IMG/VR virus record: IMGVR_UViG_3300017700_000469
Location: 64,001-128,000 of that record
Origin: a virus
Lineage: Duplodnaviria; Heunggongvirae; Uroviricota; Caudoviricetes
Reading direction: 5' to 3' (one strand)
DNA: 64,000 nt
Shown: positions 1-10,233 of the stretch, one piece after another
Layout of the letters: each line of letters opens with the position of its first letter
Position numbering within the stretch: the first letter of the stretch is position 1
Translations under genes and position numbers: made by a program
The notes under the pieces: model-generated
Told to the model about the DNA's origin: nothing
What the model saw: the letters and a program-made list of their open reading frames with translations, nothing else
Database searches by the model: none

Positions 1-18
1 CCTGCGGGCTTCCCTCAG

Positions 19-48
19 AACACGACAGACGCGGCGGTCCGGTTTTCA
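19..48 (-). promoter_or_regulatory. Class 2 (ECF-type) promoter motif TGAAAACC-N16-CGTGTT, pointing out of the window
   Basis: Plus strand aacacg(19-24)-16 nt-ggttttca(41-48), same geometry as 8 other copies. Confidence 0.6.
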
Positions 49-130
49 CTTTTCGCGCAGAACAAAATGCGCGATCGGGAATAGGGAGAGCGAGAGAAGC
101 TCGCGGAAGACGGGATTTGACCCACACCCA

Positions 131-162
131 CCCCTGTTGCTCCCGATCGGGAACAACAGGGG
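131..162. repeat. 32-bp near-perfect palindrome
   Basis: CCCCTGTTGCTCCCGATCGGGAACAACAGGGG; self-complementary except one pair. Confidence 0.9.
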
Positions 163-1030
163 CGGTGTTAGATCACCCGAGAAGATCGGCGTCACGAACG
201 CCGCAGTCGTCATCATCGACACGACCCGCTCGAACCTTGAACGCTAGCGTCAGAAGAACGTGCTCAGTCTTCTGACGTGCTCGGCTCTCGATCCGCGCGG
301 CAGAGATACCTGCGGGTTGTAAGAAATGCTGGTGCTCTTTCCTTACGCGCCCTCGACAGATCGTGCCGCGTCAGTGGTTGAGTCCGCTGCGCTGAGCCGG
401 CGGAAAGGGCTGCAACCGACGTGCCACCCCTACATTCGTTGCAATCCGCAAATTTGACCCCACCCCTACGTTCGGAACAATCGGTGTCGTCGGCACGACC
501 GGCACCCTCGCTACAATCGTTATTACGTTTGCTTTGTTGTTCGTCGAAGTCTACGTTATGCTAGCGGGTTGAACGTCTGCGGCTCGTGCTCGTGCTCGTG
601 CGATGCGATCGCAGACCACGAGCCGCAACCCGCTAGCGTTTGTCGACATACGATCGCACGAGCACGAGCCGCAGACGTCGGCCGACGTCGCGAGCCACGC
701 CACGAGCACGAGCCGCAGACGTCCGGCGCACCCCTGCCGGCGCTCGTGCGCCACGCCGGCAGCCGATCGTGCCGATCGTGCCGATCAGGTGGGTGGTAGG
801 GGATATGCCCCTAGGGGTAGGGATTGTGCGGGTTAGCACGAATGGGTGGGTTGTATCGACTGTGCCGAATGTGATGGTCGCATCGGCTGGGCTAATGCGG
901 GGTGATTTTGCGGGTTGTAACCGCGCGAGTGAGAGGCCGGACAATCGTCAATTCGATACTGAATGTTACCGCTGATTCAATCGCTGTACTATGCGCAACC
1001 CGTTGCCACGCCACGCTATAACCGCTATTC

Positions 1031-1086
1031 TAGTATTTAGTATTGTAGTACATACTACTACTACTTCTATAATACATAATACAATT
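1031..1086. other. AT-rich tract (candidate unwinding element)
   Basis: 12 G/C in 56 nt (about 21% GC, hand count) in an otherwise GC-rich window. Confidence 0.5.
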
Positions 1087-1473
1087 AGCGCATATAGAGG
1101 GAAATGTAGGAACGTCAAAATCGGGTAAACTGTACTAAGCCCTAAAATCGTCATAACCCGCAACATGCTCGTGGCTTGCGTCGATTTTGCCTAGCGTTTG
1201 CCGATACTGCGGCCGGATTCAAGCCACGAGCCACGCCGGCACGAGCCGCAACCCGCCGGACGTCTGCGGCCGGACGTCTGCGGCCGGCACCGATCGCACG
1301 AGCCGCAGACCACGCAACCCGCCGGACGTCCGAACGTCGGCACGAGCCGCAACCCGCCGGACGTCGCCGGCCGCAGACCACGAGCACGAGCGCAAACGCA
1401 AGCAACCCGCTAGCGCGTTAGGCGCTAGCGGGTTGCGGGTTGCTCGTGCTCGTGCTCGTGCTCGTGGCGTGGC

Positions 1474-1758
1474 TTAGTAGCCGGCCGATTCTCGCCGGCG
1501 TGGCGATGCGCCTACGCGCGAAACGAGCGCCCATTTTTGCGGGTTGCGATATTCGCGCCGCGCTCCGATCGTTTCCAGAATCGTTATCGTTTCCGATTCA
1601 TTCAAGCCGGCCGCGCTCGTTAGTGCGCCGATCGTGCGGAACGTAAAGCGCGAATCGGAAAGCGCGAGCCGCAGACGTTCGGCCGGCGTGGCGATCGGTG
1701 CCGGCGTGGCGTGGCTCGTGAAACTACCGAACAAACGCGCGAAAAACTTGCGAATCAT
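1474..1758 (-). CDS. Small hypothetical protein, paralog of 12132-12545
   Basis: SD-like AAGGGGA before ATG; shares blocks RFTFRT/RYHFRS, GARREYRN/GAREEYRN and SRVG with the paralog. Confidence 0.75.
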   Translation of the reverse strand: MIRKFFARLFGSFTSHATPAPIATPAERLRLALSDSRFTFRTIGALTSAAGLNESETITILETIGARREYRNPQKWALVSRVGASPRRRESAGY

Positions 1759-1854
1759 AAAATCCCCTTTAATCGGAAGAATCGGAAAATCGGTAATCGG
1801 TTCGGACGTCTGCGGCCGGACGTCTGCGGCTCGTGGCGTGGCGTGGCTTGTGGC

Positions 1855-2049
1855 TTAGCGGCCGGCGTGGCTCGTGGCTCGTGCCGACGTCGGCCGGACG
1901 TCTGCGGCCGGCTTAGCGGCTCGTTTTGCACGGATCGCACGAGCGCGGATGTCATCCCAAACGATTGCGACGTATCCCGTTCCGAGCGCGGCCGCGCCAA
2001 TGAGAATCGATTCAACCGCGCCACCGCACATTCCACATGCAATCAGCAT
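1855..2049 (-). CDS. Small putative membrane protein
   Basis: SD-like AAGGG 8 nt upstream; CxxC followed by a hydrophobic stretch; the C-terminus runs into repeats. Confidence 0.45.
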   Translation of the reverse strand: MLIACGMCGGAVESILIGAAALGTGYVAIVWDDIRARAIRAKRAAKPAADVRPTSARATSHAGR

Positions 2050-2207
2050 AATCGTTACCCTTGTCCTAAGCCGAAACGTCGGCAGAATCGGATCGATCGA
2101 TACTTAGCGTAATAAGCGCGGCGCGCTTCCGTTGCAAAACGTCGCCGGCGTTTGTTTCCGTCTATTGTGGCGTTTTGCATTGTTGCGGCTCGTGCTCGTG
2201 CTCGTGC

Positions 2208-2869
2208 TCGTTTCCGTTACATCTCAACATTACACTAGCTTTGACGTCTAAGCAAATGAAACGAGAAAAATTCTTGCGACGTCCGGCCGCAGACCACGAG
2301 CACGAGCCGCAACCCGCCGGACGTCTGCGGCTCGTGGCGTGGCTCGTGGCGCTCGCGGCCGACGTCTGCGGCTCGCGAGCGATCGCAACCCGCCGGCGAC
2401 GTCTACAAACGACGCAACCCGCAAACGCTAGGCGCTTGCGGGTTGCTCGTGACTATCGGCCGCGAGCCGATTACCTAGCGGGGCGCGCCGGACGTCGGGC
2501 GCTTTCCCGTTGTTAGCGTTTGGATTGTCTGCGCAAGTTTGCGCTCGGCGCTTTCCGAAACAAGCCGGCCGACGTCGGCCGCAGATTGTGGCGCGTAGTT
2601 TCGCATTGTTTGGCTCGTTGTTATTTGGCTAGCGTGGCATTCAACCGATTGACGCCGGCCGACATTTTCTTAGCTGCCGGCGACGTCGTGCCGACGTTCA
2701 AAGCAAGCAAAACGACGCAAACCACGAGAATCGATACTGCGGCATTTTGTAACATTGTTGCGGCTCGTGGCTTGCTTGCTTGTCGTTTCCGTTACATCTC
2801 AACATTACACTAGCTTTGACGTCTAAGCAAATGAAACGAGAAAAATTCTTGCGACGTCCGGCCGCAGAC
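2208..2869 (+). repeat. 87-bp exact direct repeat (2208-2294 and 2783-2869)
   Basis: TCGTTTCCGTTACATCTCAACATTACACTAGCTTTGACGTCTAAGCAAATGAAACGAGAAAAATTCTTGCGACGTCCGGCCGCAGAC occurs twice; partial inverted pieces at about 3183-3252. Confidence 0.9.
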
Positions 2870-3298
2870 GTCGCGCGGCTCGTGCTCGTGGCGATGCGAT
2901 CGCAACCCGCCGGACGTCGGCCGCAGTAGATAGGGAAACGAGCACGAGCCACGCCACGAGCAACCCGCCGGACGTTCGGACGTCTGCGGCTCGCGAGCGA
3001 TCGCAACCCGCCGGACGTTCGGACGTCTGCGGCTCGTGCCGACGTCGCCGGCCGCAGACCACGAGCACGAGCACGAGCACGAGCGCGGCCGACGTCTGCG
3101 GCTCGTGGCTCGTGCTCGTGGCGATGCGATCGCACGAGCAACCCGCCGGACGTTCGGACGTCTGCGGCCGGATTGTCGATAGTCAAAGCCGGCGTAATAA
3201 TTCCGCGCTCGTTTCGTTTGCTTATCTGCGCCTATGGTCTAAGCTAGTGTTATGCGACTGACTATCGCAGACAACCAAGCAACCCGCGAGCCTACATC

Positions 3299-4732
3299 AT
3301 GTGCCAAAATTGCAACGAAACGAGCCACGCAACCCGGACAATCGGACAATTGACGTTCGGTGACATCGTAGGATTAGAGCCGATTGTGCCGATTGAAACG
3401 CCGGCTATCCTGCCGCGCTTGCCGGACGTCACCGATTGTGACGATTGTGAGGATGAAGCCGAAGTTATCGAATGTGAGAATTGTTCCTGCGATGTCGGTG
3501 ACGATAGCTATACCGATGATAGCGGTGACGTCTATTGTGAGGAATGTTATCACGAGATGTATAGCTCGTGCGAATCGTGCGGTGACGTCGTGCCGGCCGA
3601 TGACATCAAGCAAGTATCGGTGCGCGTATGGCGCAACGGTCGCCGGCAATCGATCGATTCTTGCTTGTGCGAATCGTGTTTCGATCGCGATTATTTCACA
3701 TGCGCCGATTGTAACGGCACGTCGCCGGACGATGTCGGTGGTACCAATTGTGACGGCGATCGCGTTTGTGAGAGTTGCAGCGAAGATTACAGTTATTGCG
3801 AATCGTGCAGTTCTACGATTCACAACGATAATTCCAACTATAACGAGCGCACCGGCTGCACCGAATGTGACGATTGTTACAGTCCGGGCGGCGATGGCGA
3901 TAAAACCGAATTTGACGCTAAGCGTTTCCGCCGGCCGAATGACATCGCCACGCGCTGCGGCTCGTTGCGATCGTATGGCGTGGAATTAGAGACGTCCGTT
4001 TGTGACGGTCACACCGATTTAGAGGGTCGTGTCTACTTTGGCGCTTGTGAGGATGGCTCCATTGATGGCATGGAGTTCGTTTCTTCCGTTCTTTCCGGTG
4101 ATGCCGGATTAAAGGCTATTGACGATTTTTGCGATCAAGCCGATGGTTTCGAGACTGACAATAAATGCGGTTTTCACGCTCACATCGGAATTGCCGATCT
4201 TACGGATTCGCAACGGCTTTCCGTTTGTATGGCTTACGCGCTAAGCGCCGACGTCTGGCGCTCGTTTGTATCGGAAACACGCCGGCGGAATACCTACTGC
4301 GGCGCGAATAAATGGAGCGCCGACGACGTCGCGAGCGCCGGCAGTTTTGAGGCGCTCGCGGCCGCGCAAACAGACCGTTATCAATGGGTTAACTTGCAAG
4401 CCTATTCGCGCCATAAAACCGTCGAAATCCGTCTACATGGCGCAACCCTTGAATCCGACAAAATCTGCAATTGGGTTGTAGCGCATGTGCGGTTTATCGA
4501 CGTCGTATCGAAAATGACGTTCGCACAATTGCGCAAGCTATTCGCCGGCACCGATTCGGATAAGTTTGCGGCGCTTGCTGCAATGTGGCCGGCCGACGTC
4601 GCGACGTTCTATCACGAGCGCGCCGCTAAGTTTGGAACGGAATACGCCACGCCGGCCGCAGACGTCGCGAGCCGCAAGCCACGAGCACGAGCCGCGCGGC
4701 GCTTGCGTGGCGTGGCTCGTGCGATCGCATAA
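3299..4732 (+). CDS. Putative amidoligase (Amidoligase_2 / COOH-NH2 ligase, glutamine-synthetase-like fold) with N-terminal Cys-rich repeats
   Basis: Motifs YGVELET, DGSIDGMEFVS, CGFHAHIG, RYQWVN and TVEIRLH; ten CxxC pairs in the first 200 aa. Confidence 0.85.
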   Translation: MCQNCNETSHATRTIGQLTFGDIVGLEPIVPIETPAILPRLPDVTDCDDCEDEAEVIECENCSCDVGDDSYTDDSGDVYCEECYHEMYSSCESCGDVVPADDIKQVSVRVWRNGRRQSIDSCLCESCFDRDYFTCADCNGTSPDDVGGTNCDGDRVCESCSEDYSYCESCSSTIHNDNSNYNERTGCTECDDCYSPGGDGDKTEFDAKRFRRPNDIATRCGSLRSYGVELETSVCDGHTDLEGRVYFGACEDGSIDGMEFVSSVLSGDAGLKAIDDFCDQADGFETDNKCGFHAHIGIADLTDSQRLSVCMAYALSADVWRSFVSETRRRNTYCGANKWSADDVASAGSFEALAAAQTDRYQWVNLQAYSRHKTVEIRLHGATLESDKICNWVVAHVRFIDVVSKMTFAQLRKLFAGTDSDKFAALAAMWPADVATFYHERAAKFGTEYATPAADVASRKPRARAARRLRGVARAIA

Positions 4733-4879
4733 CGCCGGCCGACGTCTGCGGCCGAACGTCCGGCCGCAGACCACGAGCCACGAGCACGAGCCAAGCGCGA
4801 GCCGCAGACGTCGGCCGCAGACCACGAGCCAAGCGCCGGACGTCGGCAACCCTACACTATCACAACCGGAACAATCATC

Positions 4880-5872
4880 ATGTGCGGAATCTTCGGCGGA
4901 ATCGGAACGAACGTCAACATGGGCACAATCCGTGCTCTAGCGCTTATCAATCGCGAGCGCGGAACCGATTCAATCGGCATCTTCGATAATAGCGGTAAAG
5001 CCATCAAGCGCGCTTGCGATCCGTTGTCGGCGCTCGCGGCCGACGACGTCGGCGCGTGGCTCGCGACGTCTGCGGCTCGCGCTTGGTTCATTGCTGGCCA
5101 TACGCGCCACGCCACGCGCGGCCGGATTACCGAAAATAACGCGCATCCGTTCCGTTACGGTAATGTCATCGGTTCGCATAATGGCATGTGCGCCGCGCCT
5201 ATCAAATATGCCGTAGATTCCGAATTTCTCATCGATCGGCTCGCGAGCCACGCCGGCGATTATCAAACCGCGCTTGCCGATATTGACGGTTATTGGGGAT
5301 TGACGTGGTTTGACGGTGCTGCGTTTTGGATCAGCACGCACGGTAATTCCGTTGCGATGGCTCGTGCGGCCGATGGCAATTATTACTATTCGTCCGACGC
5401 TAAGCATCTTGCGGCTTGTATCGGTCCTTCCGAGCCGGTGACGATTCTGCGGGATGGCGCGACTGTAAAGTTTGAACTGAATACTCTAGCGCCGCAGATT
5501 ATGCCGGCGTTTGTTTCTAAGGTGCCGGCGCTCGTTTGGGATACGCGCAAAACGTCCGGCGGCCGGACGTCTGCGGCTCGCGATTTATTCGACGTCGGCA
5601 CGAGCCACGCCACGAGCAAGCGCCGCAAGCGCAAAGCGCGACGTGCCGAACGTGCCGATCGTATCAGCTATGACGAACAATGCTACGGTGACACCCTTGC
5701 CGATGAAGCCGGATACGGCGATCTCGCTGGCTTTATGGCTTGTGAGAGTATTTTCAGTGAACGGGTTGCTATCGAATGGCTCGAAGCTGAGGCTTATGGC
5801 GTTCCTGTCAAGAATGACGTTTGGAAGGACATCGACGATAAAACCGATTTTACCGATGGCATTCCGTTCTAA
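4880..5872 (+). CDS. Stand-alone class II glutamine amidotransferase (Ntn hydrolase)
   Basis: N-terminal MCGIFG (catalytic Cys2), RGTDSIG, GHTRHAT, HPF, HNG, DSE. Confidence 0.9.
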   Translation: MCGIFGGIGTNVNMGTIRALALINRERGTDSIGIFDNSGKAIKRACDPLSALAADDVGAWLATSAARAWFIAGHTRHATRGRITENNAHPFRYGNVIGSHNGMCAAPIKYAVDSEFLIDRLASHAGDYQTALADIDGYWGLTWFDGAAFWISTHGNSVAMARAADGNYYYSSDAKHLAACIGPSEPVTILRDGATVKFELNTLAPQIMPAFVSKVPALVWDTRKTSGGRTSAARDLFDVGTSHATSKRRKRKARRAERADRISYDEQCYGDTLADEAGYGDLAGFMACESIFSERVAIEWLEAEAYGVPVKNDVWKDIDDKTDFTDGIPF

Positions 5873-7091
5873 GCCGGCCGACGTCGCGAGCGATCGCAAC
5901 CCGCCGGACGTCTGCGGCTCGCGAGCACGAGCACGAGCCACGCCGGCGAACGTCCGGCCGCAGACCACGAGCGCCACGAGCCACGCCACGAGCACGAGCC
6001 ACGCCGGCCGCGCTCGTGCTCGTGGCGATGCGATCGCACGAGCCGCAAGCGCACGAGCCACGCCACGAGCAAGCGCGGCCGCAGACCACGAGCAACCCGC
6101 CGGACGTTCGGACGTCCGGCCGCAGACCACGAGCACGAGCAACCCGCAAGCGCGGCCGACGGCGCGAGCCACGCCACAAGCGCGGCCGCAGACCACGAGC
6201 CGCAGACCACGAGCCACGAGCAAGCGCCGGCCTATGATCGCACGAGCCACGAGCCACGAGCACGAGCAACCCGCCGGACGTCCGGCCGCGCTCGTGGCGT
6301 GGCTCGTGCTCGTGCTCGTGGCGTGGCTCGCGAGCGATCGCAACCCGCCGGACGTTCGGACGTCGGCCGCAGACGTCCGGCCGCAGACCACGAGCCACGA
6401 GCAAGCGCCGGCCGACGTCGCGACGTCTGCGGCTCGTGCTCGTGCCGACGTCCGGCCGCAAGCGCCACGAGCCACGCCGGCCGCAGACGTCGCAAGCGCT
6501 CGAATCGCGACGAGCCCGACAACCCGGACAAGCGCCACGATCGGTGCATCCGGCAATATCGGCACAACCCTCGCCACCGGACCCGCCCGTACAATCGCTA
6601 CAACCGGCCACACCGCGCCGGGCCATATCGAGTAACAGGCGCGATTTTCGATATGAAGTAACAGGGCCGACGTTCGGTATGAAAACGGCCTCGTGCATCT
6701 CTCAGCTTGAACTCGGTTCGAGCTTCTCCCGCCGGATTGTCGCGGGCTACAATCGGCTCGCCACGCATTGAAATTTCGGACCTGAAATTTCAATACACGT
6801 CTGTCCACTACCCGGTGGGTCGCCGACGACGTGCGAAGCCGGCTCGGCGCTGCGGCCCGACGTCTCGCGCTGCGGCGGCGCTGCTCCGCGCGGCTCGGCG
6901 CTGCGGGTTCGCCAGCTTTGGCGAATGAACGCCATCCGATCGGCACAAGTCGTCAAAGCTGCCGAAATGGCACCCGCAGGCTGTGACGTCGTAGGACGCG
7001 ATCTGCGGGCCTAGTGCCTCGGGACGACTGGGAAGACGTCGGAAGGGCTCGTCAGCGGCGAGCGTAGAGGCCAGCCGCCTCGGCCGCAGGG

Positions 7092-7268
7092 TTGTCGCCG
7101 ATCGGTCGCGGCCGTTTGCCGGTCAGCTTGCCGCGTGGTTCATCAATGAACGACGCGGCCACCCGCAGGCGTCGGTGCCGCGCGGCGGCTCGCGGCCGGG
7201 CTCGGGCTCGGTTGCCGCCGGCGGCAAGCTGCCGAGCTTGTCTGGCGTCGGCGGCCGATCGGCGACAA
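7092..7268. other. Nested inverted-repeat structure (candidate structured RNA)
   Basis: 18-bp arms 7092-7109/7251-7268 (one non-Watson-Crick pair), perfect 11-bp arms 7124-7134/7221-7231, plus an internal hairpin at 7131-7158. Confidence 0.55.
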
Positions 7269-7390
7269 GCAAACTCTGCCGTGCAGGTACAAGCCGATCC
7301 TGCAAAAGTCGCAAGCGCTCGAAGGGGATACCCTAAGCGCGCGGTGCCGTTACCCTCTAAGCGCCTCGCGTGGGCACCCGCGCATAAAGC

Positions 7391-7420
7391 GGCCCGGCCG
7401 GGTTGGAGTCCGGCCGGGCC
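7391..7420 (-). terminator. Intrinsic terminator-like hairpin ending the early gene block
   Basis: GGCCCGGCCGG-N8-CCGGCCGGGCC, 19 nt past the stop at 7439, followed by GCTTTAT on the minus strand. Confidence 0.6.
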
Positions 7421-8800
7421 TCGGCGCGTACCAGGCGCTTAGTTCTTTCGCGCTCCGTCGAAGTGGAAGACGTGGCTAGGGTCGATGCTCGCGGCCTCGG
7501 TGTAGGCAGTCACCATCGGATGACCTGCGGCATTGAGCCACACGGACAGCGGAGCTTCACCTTGCCGCCGGCCGTAGCCGTCGAACTCGATGCGGATGCC
7601 GTCCGGGGTCGCAGTGACGTTGCCCGTGACATGCCGATTGGCGCGGAACAGATCGAAGGCCAGCTTGCCGCCGGCCGCAGGCGGCTCGTCGCCGAGCACT
7701 TCCACATAGCTATCGGGATGCAGGGCCACGAGGTTATTGTCGGTGTCTACTGCGAAGCTGCCCTTGTCGAAGGCCAGCATACGCAAGCGCCGCTTGTCGG
7801 TAGGCATCGTGAACAGTTGGCCGGGCTTCAGTTGGCTTACGTTCCTCGTCGCGATCGCTCCCATTTGAATTGCCCGGCCGGCGTTTGCTCGAACACTTCG
7901 GCAGTGGCGTAGACGGTTTCGGAATGTTTCGATAGGCCGAGCAAGGCCGTGAAGATGTCGTGCTTTCGATATTCGAGTTTCTCGTGGAACTCGATGGCCT
8001 CGGCGAGCGTTGCGAAGGGGTACTTCCCGTGCAGTTCCGTCTCGCCGCTGCCGAACGTGCTGCGGTCGATGCTGTAAACGTGAACGTAGAAACCTACTGC
8101 CGGAACCTCGACCGGGGTGCGCTTCCAGTCTTGCTCTTGAAACTTCGGCGAGGAAGAATAGCCCGGCGGCCAGGGTACTTTAGCAACCGCTTTGTCGCCG
8201 TCGATGGTGATGTCAATCATGTCGGGTCCGGTGCGATGGCTTTCAGGGCGGCGAGGTATTCGAGCTTGCCCGCGTGGTCGTTCATCGCGGCTCGAATCAG
8301 AATCGTTTGGCAGACGTCAATCAGGGCTCGCATGTCGATAGCGACCTGCGACAAGTCGTCGGCCGGCGGTTGGTGTTCGTCTAAGGCGATCATTAGCGGT
8401 ACAAGTCGTAAGCGTTCAGGTCATAGCCGCGATTCGAGATGAGAACTTTGTTGCCGACGTTGCTGACGATCTCGACTTTCTCGCCGATGATGCCGTGGGT
8501 GTCGGTGCCGTCGCTGAAGTTGAACTCGATGCAACAGTTGTGCTTGACCATCAGCGCGTGCAGGTCTCGGCGCAACTCATCGGCATCGATCGGCACGACG
8601 AACGTCGGCGTATTATCTTTCGTCGTGCTGACAAGCTCGATGCCCTCTTTACCCGTGACGAGAATCATCGGGCCGGTGCCAGCGGCGATCAGGGCTTGCT
8701 CTTGCGTGTCGCGATTCACACGCAACGTGTGGACAGTGGTCTCGCGGCGGTCGATGATGAACTCGGGCATGGTTGGCTCGCGGTGTTGAGTAGTTCCGTC

Positions 8801-8835
8801 AACTCAACAATACATCAAAGCTGACGTAATGCAAA
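8801..8835 (-). promoter_or_regulatory. Class 1 sigma70-type promoter
   Basis: TTTGCA-TTACGTCAGCTTTGATG(17)-TATTGT. Confidence 0.85.
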
Positions 8836-10199
8836 TTTATTCGCAGTGATACCCGAAGTCTTTCAGTTCGTACATATTGAACGGCGCAAGCTCGGCGAGC
8901 GTGGCCAGTTCCTTCGCGGCCTCGTCGAGCGTTCCGCATTCTTTGACCATGAGCCCGTCGTCGCAGTCGTGAACCATCACGCCCGTGACGCTAAGATCGG
9001 CAGACCGATAATCGATCGTCGCCCAAACGTAGCCGCCGGGAATCGGACCGTGCGAACCGTTGCCGGGAACTATGAGCAACCGCCCCGCAGGCCGGCGTCC
9101 GGCGCTCGTGATCCAAGTGCGGAATCGTTCGCCCTCGGGGTTGGCCGCAACGTACTCGTCGAACGTGCTGTAGCAGGGCCTAATCGTCGGGTCCATGTCG
9201 ATCGATACACGCACTGCGGCATCGAGCCGAATGCCGCCGGTCCCGTCCGTGAACGTCAAGCCCGCCTCGTCTCGCCGATACTGTTTGCCGGCACACCATG
9301 CGTCGAGAATGTACCCGGTCGCACCTAGTGGAATGGCATCGAGCGGACCGGAATAGCTGCGGGTTATCATCGCTTGTGCTCATCGCAGTAATAGAAGATG
9401 GTGCGAGGGTCGACGTTGCCGGTTTCGTCTCGCCGGGCGACCGCTAACGAATAGTTGACGGCAGGCTTGTCGCACTTCGGATCGTGCCGGCCGGTGCCGG
9501 TCCCGTGGCAACAAAGCTGGCCGGCGGGAATGCGATCGGCGACTCGATTCTGTAAGAGCGCCTCGGCGTGTACGATGTCAATCCGATCGCGGTTCATGTT
9601 CGCTCCAAATAGGCGTCGAGTGACTTATAGCGGTGCTCGATGCCGAGCGCCTTGAATGTGGCTTTGAATGTGCGGCCGTGCTTGCTGTAGGCTCGTCGTG
9701 CGACCGCATCTAGCATTGTGTCGCAGGCTTTCTCGATCGCCTCGACACTGAGGTTGCGGCGGCCGTCTACCGTAAGCGTGAATTGCCGGCGGTACTCGGC
9801 GGCGAACGTGTCGAACTTGGCTTGGTTCATCACTTGCCGCTCTTAATCCGGCCGATCATTTCATCGATCGCCTTGCGTGTGGCTTTCAAGCTGCGGCGAT
9901 AGCCGGCCGCACTGAAGACCATGAAACGCTGGCCGGGGCCGGAGTACGTGCCGAGCAGGTAGTGAATCCGACCCATCCGCCATCGGAGATGCAACGGCAT
10001 CCGGCTATTCGCGTACATGCACGACAACCGGAACAGTTCATCTTCGAGACGCTTGCGATACGTCGGCACGTATGCGAGCGCCATCTGCGTCAGTTGGTTG
10101 CGGGCTCGATTTTTCCAGACGCCGAAAGCCCACACCACACGCCATGCCAATTGCTTGATCTTGTTCACGTTGCTTCTCAGTGTTGAAGTCGGGTGCTAC

Positions 10200-10233
10200 T
10201 TCAACAATACATCAAAGCTGGTGAAATGCAAAT
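10200..10233 (-). promoter_or_regulatory. Class 1 sigma70-type promoter
   Basis: TTTGCA-TTTCACCAGCTTTGATG-TATTGT. Confidence 0.85.

Larger units (their letters stand above)
550..6650. repeat. Island of shuffled short repeat words in both orientations
   Basis: Dozens of copies of CACGAG runs, GCAGACCACGAGC, GCAACCCGCCGGACGT, GACGTCTGCGGC and GCGATCGCA, irregularly concatenated. Confidence 0.95.

Noticed and set aside
101-125. tRNA 3'-end-like string GGGTCAAATCCCGTCTTCCGC (minus strand)
   Set aside because: Six-nt loop, weak stem, and no D or anticodon arm.
550-6650. Possible CRISPR array
   Set aside because: No constant repeat with unique, equal-length spacers, and no cas genes; the PD-(D/E)XK gene is 40 kb away among replication genes.
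5511-6946. Long ORFs 5511-6635 (+), 5585-6946 (-), 5850-6698 (-) and many 60-160 aa ORFs in 551-3186
   Set aside because: Translations are just the repeat words (HEHEPQ, ADVR, LVLV). The words lack stop codons, and there are no SD sequences or protein-like composition.
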